Made by a program: the position numbers and the translations under genes. The notes under the pieces are model-generated. The model saw only the letters and a program-made list of their open reading frames with translations. It was not told where the DNA came from and made no database searches. A DNA stretch of 64,000 bases from a virus: IMG/VR virus record IMGVR_UViG_3300048839_000424, positions 14,216 through 78,215 of that record; one strand, given 5' to 3'. Shown piece after piece: positions 56,511-64,000 of this stretch; position 1 is the stretch's first letter, and every line of letters begins with the position of its first letter.

Positions 56511-59500
56511 ATGCCATTAAATCCGCAACTGTCCCGTCGTCCCGCTGTTGACGCAAGTATTGTCCAAGCGGACACTGTACGAGGTTACGACGCCCCCAAT
56601 GCCGCTGAAACCGAGGCGGATCTGATCATCTCGAATGGTCGAAACGCGGGTACGGGCGCAGTTGCGGATATTCTCATCTGGAATCGCACGGACTTGGTGA
56701 CTCAACCAATGTTCGTGCTCGCCCCAGGGTCCGTACTGGCATCCTCGACCAAGTTCGAGGTCTATGCCGGTGCAGCGGTAGATCCGAATGGGGTTGTAAC
56801 CAGCCCCATTGGCTCTCTCTATCTGTCCAACAATCCAGCCGCATTGTGGCAAAATCAGGATGGTGGAACGGTATGGAAGAAAATCTCCGACGATCTCGGT
56901 GGTGAAAATCTAGCGCAGACGTTGGCTATTGGGAACACGTCGGGTAGCAATAATATCATCATGTCCAAGACCCCCGGTGGGCCTTTGGTCTCAGCGGCGA
57001 TTTTAGGCGAGTCTGTTGCGGATGGTACCAATGGGGGTAGTTTACTTCTTGGGGGAGGTGAAGCGACCGGAGTCACTGGGAATGGTGGCCAAGTCATCAT
57101 TTCATCGGGGTCGAGTCTCAATGCGAACTCCGGGTCAGTAATCATGGCTTCTTTCCCTGCATCAGCGGCATCAGCGGCATCAGGGCAGGTTTCAGTGCTC
57201 ACGGGTGATTCAGCCCTTGGTCCTTCTGGAGACATGATCATTGGCACTGGAAACGCCAATGGGGACGTGGGGGACATTCTTCTTGCCACAGGGGCTTCGG
57301 CAACGGGCAACGGTGGCAACATCGCTATTGGAGCCTTTGGTGGTCCTTTGAGCGGTGGTTCGGTGATTATCGCAGCGGGTACGCCCACAGGAGCGGGCAC
57401 GATTGCTGGTGGTCAAGTTACCATCACTTCCGGTAATGCCACGGGAGCGGGTGGAGGTGGAAATTTGTTCATCACGGCTGGGAACAGTGGTCCAAGCGGT
57501 GGTGTTGGTGGGGAAATTATTCTGACCGCTGGTACTGCGGTCAATCCCGTGAATAACGGGCAGATTCGTGGTATTGGTACCTTTGTAGCGACGAACTATC
57601 GTCGTGGGGCATCGGACCCGAATACGTTGGGACTATCCCCTGTTGACGAAGGTCATGTGTTTCAGGACAAACGATCCGGGAACGGGGCGCTTTGGGTCAA
57701 CACGAATGGTTCTCCGGTTGGGTGGAAGAAGTTAGCCTTTGCGGCTGACTTCGTGAACTCCTTTGCTCGGTTGTCTTACGGAACATGCACACCTTCGGGA
57801 GATAGAACGAACCCTGGTGATGTACAGGATGACTTGAGTGATTTTGGGTTGTTCGAGGGAGCGGAGATTCTTGAACTCGCAGGTGGTGTCCAATCCAGAA
57901 CCGTAGACGAGTACGGACCCCTTAACTTGTTCTCTACCGCAGCAGCAGGTGATGGTGCTGGTTGGAGAATCATCAACACGGCAGCGGGGAATACCAGCGG
58001 ATTTCAAAAGAGACAGCGGTTTCTTGCGGTCTTTAAGCTCTCTCTCCCACAGGACATCAACACTCAACGAGTTGTTGTAGGGTTTTCGAGCGAAAACTTA
58101 CAAACCCACTTGATCAACAATAATCCCGGTGGTGAGTATGTCCTAGTCCAAATCCCTCTGTCTAACACTTGGAGAGTATTTACACAAGGTCCGGGAGGTT
58201 CTTTGGCTCAAGGGCTACCCTCCACCATGTTCGCTGGATTGGATGTACCTCTCTACTGCGTCTTTGACTTCACAGATCCGACCACCATTAAAGTTCAGAT
58301 GCTCGATGAGGGGTTTAACCTCATTCAAGAGCGCACTTTGACCGGGGCCAACTTGGCGTTTGGCCCACAGGACTCTACCAACCTGTTTCCCATCTTTGGC
58401 ATTTACCAAGATGCAGGGCCTACACCGCTAGGGTTGAAGTTCTATTCCGCGAATTTAATCGTCGAAGCCGATCAGATTCTTTCCGCCGCTGGGCTAAGCT
58501 CCAATCCAACCTTGGAGCAAGTTCTCATCGCAGGGAACACCACTGGGGCAACCCCAATTATCTTCGAGCCCGGTTCGTTCATCACGACTTCAGATGGGGC
58601 TACAGGAACCAATCTCAGTATCACTACGGGGGATCCAACAAACCCCGCTGGTAACTCAGGTAGCGTTTCCATCTTCAGTTCCAATATAACCGATCTCGCA
58701 AACGTTGGAAGTTCGGGGGATATATCGATCCAAACGGGTCAACATATCGGCCTTGGTGGATCTGGGTCTATCGTCTTGCGAACCGGGCAAGTTACCACCC
58801 CCGGTCAACAAACTGGAAGCATTCAGCTTCGAGTCAGTCAGTTCCCGACAACGGGAGTTTTCCCCGGTCAGTTGAATCTTAATGGTCAGGATGTCGTAGG
58901 TGCTGGAGACTCTGGTGGAAATGTAACCATTGATGCTGGTGGGTACGTAGGTGCTTTGGCTGGTAACGGTGGAAGTCTGTTCTTACGAGGTGGTCAGAAC
59001 ACAGGACCAGGACCAGTAGGTGGTGTGACTGTTAGCACTCCCGGTACTGCATTGGGTACGGGAGGCCCTATTTTCATTGGAACAGGGGTAGCGGCTTTGG
59101 GCTCGGGAGGGGTGACCATTGAGAGTGGTGATAGCACTGGTCCTGGGGCTACCTCGGGTAAGATCGATATCATCGGTGGCAATGCACCTGTCGGGACTGG
59201 AGGAGCGATTGCTATCACAGCAGGGAATGGGCTAACGGGTGGTCAAATCGACGTTACGGCGGGTACGTCAAGCTCTGCAAACGGGCCAAATGTAACAGTC
59301 ACGGCGGGGGACTCCTTGGTTGCTCTGGGGGTTGGAGGAAGCATTGTTCTCAACCCTGGAAATGGTCCTGGAGGTGCTGGGGAAGTCCTTATCAACGGCA
59401 AGTTGAGCGTCACAGGATTGATCGATCCTACGGGACTTGTGCTTGACGCACAGGGGGTCGTTCCGTATGCACCAGCGATTGGTCAAGGATTGCTTTGGGT

Positions 59501-61145
59501 GAACTCTGCCACGGATGAGTTGTTCTTCACGAACTCCGGTGGTACGACGAATATTTCCGCAACGGCACCGGCAACGAGTTTAGCAACGCTGTCGGATGTC
59601 ACTCTGGGGGTGTTAAATCCTGGGGATGTACTCACGTACAACGGAGCATTTTGGATCAATGTACCTGGAGGTGGAAGCCCTGATGATCTTGCAACGGTCT
59701 TGGCGACTGGAAATGCAACGGGTGCCAACTCGATTCTGATTGAGAATTCGCTCGGTTCTAGCTTGACTTCGGATGGGGACTTGGTAATCAATCCTGGAAG
59801 CAATCCTGGGGAGCAAATCGTTCTTGATGGGTTGCGTTGGCCGCAAGTCGATGGTCTTGCTGGAGAGGTATTGACTACGGACGGGGCTGGGAATCTTTCT
59901 TTTGCCCCTGGTGGGGGTACACCACCCCTTTCGAGCGTTTTGCTCACTGGAAATGTGACCAGCGGTTCAGACGTTGTACTTACGGGTGGTAGCGTTCTTC
60001 GAGGTGCGGATGCAAGTCCGGGAGGAGATGCCACCATTCGAGGTGGCAATGGGTTTAGCCCTGGGGATAACGGTGGGAATCTTTTCTTGAGAGGCGGGAA
60101 CGCGGTCAATCCAGCATTCGGTGGAGAGGTCTTGCTGACTTCGGGAGATGGTGATACCGCTGGTAACTTGACGGTACAGACGGGGGTCTCTGTAACCTCT
60201 CCTTCTGTGCTTCAAATCTTGGCGAATGGGGCTACTAATGGTGTGGGTGGTATCCTTGGTATCAAGAACGGAGATGCGGGTGATGGTGCTGGTGGATTCA
60301 TGCAGATCCAAGGTAGCAATGCAACGGGTCCAGTTGGAGGAAACGGTGGCATTATTGACATTCAAGCTGGTAATGCAGCGGTAACTGGAGATGGTGGTCT
60401 GATTCGGTTGGATGCTGGGAATGCAGACGACTCTGGGGACGGCGGTGCTCTTTCATTTGAGGCTGGTATGGGTGGGGTTTCTACGGGAACAGGTGGCAAT
60501 ATAACGATTCTTGCTGGAGCCAGAAGAAACACGTTAGGTACAGACTTCGCTGGAGCAGTCACGATTAGAGGTGGAGGGACCGTGGGTGCTGGGGCTGGAA
60601 CTCAAGGTGGTCCAGTTACTATTCGAGGTGGGGATATCGGCACCCCCCTCCCATTTCCAGGAATTGCTAATCCTCAACGGGGTGGGGATGTTCGGATTGT
60701 TGGAGGTTTCGGTGGTACCAATGGGGATGGTGGAACATTAATCCTCAACGGAGGAAATGGAAACGGCACCGGACTCGGAGGCAATGTAAACATCACTCCC
60801 GGATCTGGTGCTACCAACGGACAGATTAACCTCAATGGCGCCGTGTTCCTAACGAACAACGACGTTGGGGGTATTCAGTTTGGAACCTTCAACCTGAATG
60901 GATATGTAACAGACGTGTCAGGGAACATAGTATTTGACTACACCACGGACTTTTCTTTCACTGACTTGCTCTCAAACCCCAGGTTCATCTCCGTAGACAT
61001 CACAAGCTCTGTCCTTCGACATGCTAGAGTGATTTCTAGCACAGGGGTGTCCGTAACCGTTCGATTCTATGACGCTACAGGGGCAGCCCTCACAAGTTTC
61101 GGATTCGTGGGAACCGACTTCTTGCGAATCCTGATTGTTGCCTAA
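56511..61145 (+). CDS. Long Gly-rich fibre protein
   Basis: 1544 aa; four L..(V/T)L..GN..G modules, many GG.I.I..G repeats and a LATLSDV..GDVLTYNG..W fibre repeat. Confidence 0.72.
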   Translation: MPLNPQLSRRPAVDASIVQADTVRGYDAPNAAETEADLIISNGRNAGTGAVADILIWNRTDLVTQPMFVLAPGSVLASSTKFEVYAGAAVDPNGVVTSPIGSLYLSNNPAALWQNQDGGTVWKKISDDLGGENLAQTLAIGNTSGSNNIIMSKTPGGPLVSAAILGESVADGTNGGSLLLGGGEATGVTGNGGQVIISSGSSLNANSGSVIMASFPASAASAASGQVSVLTGDSALGPSGDMIIGTGNANGDVGDILLATGASATGNGGNIAIGAFGGPLSGGSVIIAAGTPTGAGTIAGGQVTITSGNATGAGGGGNLFITAGNSGPSGGVGGEIILTAGTAVNPVNNGQIRGIGTFVATNYRRGASDPNTLGLSPVDEGHVFQDKRSGNGALWVNTNGSPVGWKKLAFAADFVNSFARLSYGTCTPSGDRTNPGDVQDDLSDFGLFEGAEILELAGGVQSRTVDEYGPLNLFSTAAAGDGAGWRIINTAAGNTSGFQKRQRFLAVFKLSLPQDINTQRVVVGFSSENLQTHLINNNPGGEYVLVQIPLSNTWRVFTQGPGGSLAQGLPSTMFAGLDVPLYCVFDFTDPTTIKVQMLDEGFNLIQERTLTGANLAFGPQDSTNLFPIFGIYQDAGPTPLGLKFYSANLIVEADQILSAAGLSSNPTLEQVLIAGNTTGATPIIFEPGSFITTSDGATGTNLSITTGDPTNPAGNSGSVSIFSSNITDLANVGSSGDISIQTGQHIGLGGSGSIVLRTGQVTTPGQQTGSIQLRVSQFPTTGVFPGQLNLNGQDVVGAGDSGGNVTIDAGGYVGALAGNGGSLFLRGGQNTGPGPVGGVTVSTPGTALGTGGPIFIGTGVAALGSGGVTIESGDSTGPGATSGKIDIIGGNAPVGTGGAIAITAGNGLTGGQIDVTAGTSSSANGPNVTVTAGDSLVALGVGGSIVLNPGNGPGGAGEVLINGKLSVTGLIDPTGLVLDAQGVVPYAPAIGQGLLWVNSATDELFFTNSGGTTNISATAPATSLATLSDVTLGVLNPGDVLTYNGAFWINVPGGGSPDDLATVLATGNATGANSILIENSLGSSLTSDGDLVINPGSNPGEQIVLDGLRWPQVDGLAGEVLTTDGAGNLSFAPGGGTPPLSSVLLTGNVTSGSDVVLTGGSVLRGADASPGGDATIRGGNGFSPGDNGGNLFLRGGNAVNPAFGGEVLLTSGDGDTAGNLTVQTGVSVTSPSVLQILANGATNGVGGILGIKNGDAGDGAGGFMQIQGSNATGPVGGNGGIIDIQAGNAAVTGDGGLIRLDAGNADDSGDGGALSFEAGMGGVSTGTGGNITILAGARRNTLGTDFAGAVTIRGGGTVGAGAGTQGGPVTIRGGDIGTPLPFPGIANPQRGGDVRIVGGFGGTNGDGGTLILNGGNGNGTGLGGNVNITPGSGATNGQINLNGAVFLTNNDVGGIQFGTFNLNGYVTDVSGNIVFDYTTDFSFTDLLSNPRFISVDITSSVLRHARVISSTGVSVTVRFYDATGAALTSFGFVGTDFLRILIVA

Positions 61146-61769
61146 TCAGTCGAGGACACAGACCCCGATCGAACCCCCTTGGGCCACATCAGGCTCAAGG
61201 GTGCTCGAAGCATACATACTGAGACAAGTCCGACCAGACCCGCACACGTTCGGCAGAGCAGGGTTGCAGAACATCGCACAGCAAGCCGTGTCCGTGGGAT
61301 CGTCGCACAAGATTCCGTCATTCGGGAAGCACTGTCCGTCCACACACTCGGTAAAGTCCAGGGTATCAGCGGGGCTTCCCGTGGCCTCAACACCGCAAGC
61401 GGAACCATCCGTACCGTCCGACTGCGGATTGACAAGAGGCTGACAGGTGAAGATGCGCTTGTCATTTACATCGTCCCATCCAGCCGGAGCACAAGCGAGA
61501 TCTCCATCACAAGCGGGCTCGTTGTTGATGGTCAGGTGAGGGTTGCAATTCTCGCCCATCTTGGGCAGAACATCGCCGTCACCGTCTCCGTCGCCATCCC
61601 CGTCACCGTCTCCGTCGCCGTCGCCATCACCATCGCCATCTCCGTCACCATCACCATCGCCAGAGGTCTCGGTATCACCAAAACCCTCGTCCTCCATGTC
61701 GATGAAGTTGCCACGGCATCCCGTGGTAAGAACTAGGGCGATCACTGCAAGATTGGTCAGATTCTTCAT
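61146..61769 (-). CDS. Myxobacterial-type Cys-rich lipoprotein with (GD)n linker
   Basis: [18 protein letters not shown] lipobox; GDGD tract; CNP..C..CCAMFC..IGVC; AAGGAG RBS. Confidence 0.85.
   Translation of the reverse strand: MKNLTNLAVIALVLTTGCRGNFIDMEDEGFGDTETSGDGDGDGDGDGDGDGDGDGDGDGDGDGDGDVLPKMGENCNPHLTINNEPACDGDLACAPAGWDDVNDKRIFTCQPLVNPQSDGTDGSACGVEATGSPADTLDFTECVDGQCFPNDGILCDDPTDTACCAMFCNPALPNVCGSGRTCLSMYASSTLEPDVAQGGSIGVCVLD
61572..61661 (-). repeat. Coding (Gly-Asp)n repeat, about 15 units
   Basis: GGNGAY repeats with varied synonymous codons. Confidence 0.9.
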
Positions 61770-61789
61770 TGGATTTGTCTCCTTAGCTA

Positions 61790-61819
61790 CTAAACGACGA
61801 TAACTCCCTATTTTTTACA
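61790..61819 (-). promoter_or_regulatory. Putative phage promoter TGTAAAAA-N15-CGTTTAG on the minus strand
   Basis: Reverse complement reads TGTAAAAA-atagggagttatcgt-CGTTTAG, upstream of the 61769 start. Confidence 0.65.
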
Positions 61820-61861
61820 TCGGAGACGAGATTTTCTTACATCAGCGCGATTCGCGCATAT

Positions 61862-61896
61862 AAAAAGCCCCGGAACCTGTGAAATTCCGGGGCTTT
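61862..61896 (-). terminator. Intrinsic terminator
   Basis: AAAAA-GCCCCGGAA-loop-TTCCGGGGC-TTT; T tract on the minus strand after the 61922 stop. Confidence 0.85.
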
Positions 61897-61921
61897 CGGT
61901 AGCTAGGTTAGGTTTGTGAGG

Positions 61922-62830
61922 TCACTGTGGGATGATGCACTTGCCGAGCTTGCCAAGTGGGTCTGGCGTCCCCTGGGGGTAAATCGCCACACATTCGACA
62001 CCCGTAAGGCCAGCATCCGCACACTGCTGGTCTGGGTTCGCGGAGTTGATGTCACACAGAGCCGTGCAACAAGCCTGGGTGCTGGGGTCAACATCGGGGC
62101 AGTTGTCAAGACCAACATTGGCTGGGTCTTCGCACATGGTCCCCGTCTGGCAACAGTTGGCGCACACACACGAATCACCGACGCTACCAGGCATACCTGT
62201 ACCGGGTGGAACACACACGAAGGAGTCTGGAACTTCAGGATCTCCCGTGTACGCAGGGATGCAAAGCAGGGTACCACCACAAGCCGAGTTGATTGGATCG
62301 CATGGGAGCAAGCAGAGGTTCAACACGCCCTCATTGATACCCGCGAGACAAGCCGTACCCGACTGCGGGCACGAAGGTGCGTTCTCTGGACCAACACATT
62401 CTTCAACGCACTGACCAATGCCAGTGTCAGGATCTTGACCCCAACAGAAGCCGGTTGCGTCACAGGTGTCCTGGCCGTTCACACCGCCTTCGACGAAGGT
62501 ACAGTCCGAACCTGGGGGCTGATCACCAGCGGGAACACAGACATTCGCATCCCATGCCGCACCGATTGGATCAAGAACGATTGGGGTGCATTTCTCACCG
62601 GCTGGGCAGTCCTCCACCCAAGGGTCACACATGGGAATAGACATGGCATCCATCGGAGGAATGAAGGACGTGTCATCCACGTCATCATCCCCGGTGTCTG
62701 TATCCCCGCCTGAGCTATCTCCGTCCGAGGTGGTATCTCCATCACCACCCTCGTCTTCGGATTTATTCTGACAAGCGAAAAGACAGAGTACAAGTGCGCT
62801 TGCGATGCTGATGTTTTTGAGTGTACACAT
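61922..62830 (-). CDS. Myxobacterial-type Cys-rich lipoprotein
   Basis: MCTLKNISIASALVLCLFA-C lipobox; acidic G/D/T linker; CDPWVEDCPAGEKC, CDP..C and CCTALCD repeats; GAGGA RBS. Confidence 0.85.
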   Translation of the reverse strand: MCTLKNISIASALVLCLFACQNKSEDEGGDGDTTSDGDSSGGDTDTGDDDVDDTSFIPPMDAMSIPMCDPWVEDCPAGEKCTPIVLDPIGAAWDANVCVPAGDQPPGSDCTFVEGGVNGQDTCDATGFCWGQDPDTGIGQCVEECVGPENAPSCPQSGTACLAGINEGVLNLCLLPCDPINSACGGTLLCIPAYTGDPEVPDSFVCVPPGTGMPGSVGDSCVCANCCQTGTMCEDPANVGLDNCPDVDPSTQACCTALCDINSANPDQQCADAGLTGVECVAIYPQGTPDPLGKLGKCIIPQ

Positions 62831-62847
62831 TTTGATGTTTATTCCTC

Positions 62848-64000
62848 TCAACCAACGAAACAGGGGTATTTTACGTCTACAGTCCCCACGTCTTTGAGTT
62901 CGTCACATGATGCCCCACAGAGTTCAATCGCTGTGTAGCTGGTATCGGTATAGACCCACCCGTCTGATAGGCCATCACAGGTATATACGCCTTGATGGTA
63001 GGTGAGCTTCATGGTCATTGGTGGAATTCGCACTTCCACCTTATGAACCTGATTTGCATCCGGTGCGGGATCCAGAGGAACAACACAGGAAGGGATTTCT
63101 CCAGCAATAGACGCCAAGGCATCCTGGAGTTCGCTGAGATTTTCCGCGTTGTAGAACGAACCGTCTAGGGGGTCCGATGGAGTCTTGGGGACACCTCCTA
63201 CATCCGCGACCTCGTTGAGCTTTTCATACGGGTTGATGTCCTTGGGATTTCCCGGTGCCCAATTACACTCCAAGGCTCCACCATTGTACTGCGCACAGGT
63301 CTCTCCAGCCGCAAGGTTACAAGCCGGATCGGAACCGAACACACCACAAGCGGTCTTGCTCGGCGTGTGGTCTTGAATACCGATGCCCACGACGAACGTA
63401 GGAATTCCGTTATTTAGGTATGCATCCTGAACTACGGTCGCTACATCATCATCATAGGTCTCGAATCGCTCATAGAAGGGAGCATTGGTCTCTACAGCGG
63501 TTTTATTGCAGTTGGCGGCACCATCCGTAACTAGAATAATGAACGAACCCGCTTCATTGTTGGAGGCAATGAGCGCGTCTACAGCAGCGGTCAATCCGAA
63601 AGCCGTTGGGGTTGCTCCCTTGGCGTCCGGGTCCGTAGACACGGAGTTTTGAGCCGGGAGAGCCATGAGAATACTGTCCGAGGCATCTAGTTGGATGTTT
63701 GTAGTCAGCGTTGCACTAGTCGTGCAAGAACCATTTCCGCTGACTCCTTTATTGGGGAACAGTTTTGATCCGAAGAGGATGCTTTGGTCGTACTGCGTCA
63801 CCGTTGTTTCCACGACGCCGTAGAGACCATTCCAGCGCGTCACGTTCGGAGCGATATTATTTGTCCACATGGACCCTGACTTGTCCAACACGAGCACAAC
63901 ATCGGGAGGTGGGACTTCGAGAGTGATATCAAAATCTTCACAGGGGATGATATCATCACCGTCACCATCGCCATCGCCGTCGCCGTCTCCGTCTCCGTCG
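62848..64000 (-). CDS. VWA (MIDAS) domain Cys-rich protein with (GD)n linker, CglB-like; 5' end lies beyond the window
   Basis: VLVLDKSGSM (DxSxS), GATPT, IILVTDGAANC, TFVVGIG; frame stays open to base 64000 through DGDGDG repeats. Confidence 0.85.
   Translation of the reverse strand, partial: DGDGDGDGDGDGDGDDIIPCEDFDITLEVPPPDVVLVLDKSGSMWTNNIAPNVTRWNGLYGVVETTVTQYDQSILFGSKLFPNKGVSGNGSCTTSATLTTNIQLDASDSILMALPAQNSVSTDPDAKGATPTAFGLTAAVDALIASNNEAGSFIILVTDGAANCNKTAVETNAPFYERFETYDDDVATVVQDAYLNNGIPTFVVGIGIQDHTPSKTACGVFGSDPACNLAAGETCAQYNGGALECNWAPGNPKDINPYEKLNEVADVGGVPKTPSDPLDGSFYNAENLSELQDALASIAGEIPSCVVPLDPAPDANQVHKVEVRIPPMTMKLTYHQGVYTCDGLSDGWVYTDTSYTAIELCGASCDELKDVGTVDVKYPCFVG

Noticed and set aside
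61179-62793. Plus-strand and alternative-frame ORFs, including the (SP)n ORF
   Set aside because: Shadows of the lipoprotein genes, which have a lipobox, RBS, promoter and terminator on the minus strand.
61146-64000. Prophage/host boundary at the strand switch
   Set aside because: No integrase or att site seen; the phage-type promoter, similar terminator stem and similar base composition continue across. It cannot be fully excluded without flanking sequence.
1-64000. Stop-codon reassignment, tRNA/rRNA genes, reverse transcriptase/DGR, transposases
   Set aside because: TAA, TGA and TAG all end long intact genes; intergenic gaps are tiny; no such motifs recognised by eye (tRNAscan/Infernal not run).

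Overview
This 64-kb window is part of a large, densely coding tailed-phage genome, probably jumbo-type. It uses the standard genetic code and has many ATGA/GTGA gene overlaps. The host is most likely a myxobacterium (Nannocystaceae-like), inferred from GD-repeat, Cys-rich lipoprotein genes. Gene order: very large virion proteins (1-15.8 kb); a membrane protein and a GroEL-like chaperonin; DNA methyltransferase genes mixed with replication genes (SNF2 helicase with 2 inteins, degenerate DnaC-like loader, DnaB, NAD-dependent ligase, stand-alone primase Zn finger, family A polymerase with 2 inteins); small unknown genes behind a repeated TGTAAAAA-N15-CGT(A/T)TA promoter; Gly-rich fibre genes (52-61 kb); and a convergent minus-strand cluster of myxobacterial-type surface lipoproteins, including a CglB-like VWA protein. 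Best candidate for a new system: a beta-class DNA methyltransferase split into separate genes. There are DPPY catalytic pieces (x2), free-standing middle/target-recognition pieces (x2) and one SAM-binding piece with a degenerate catalytic half. Several MTases also carry the same C-terminal DLNELFG tag, which resembles a sliding-clamp-binding peptide. All calls come from reading motifs by eye; no database searches were run.
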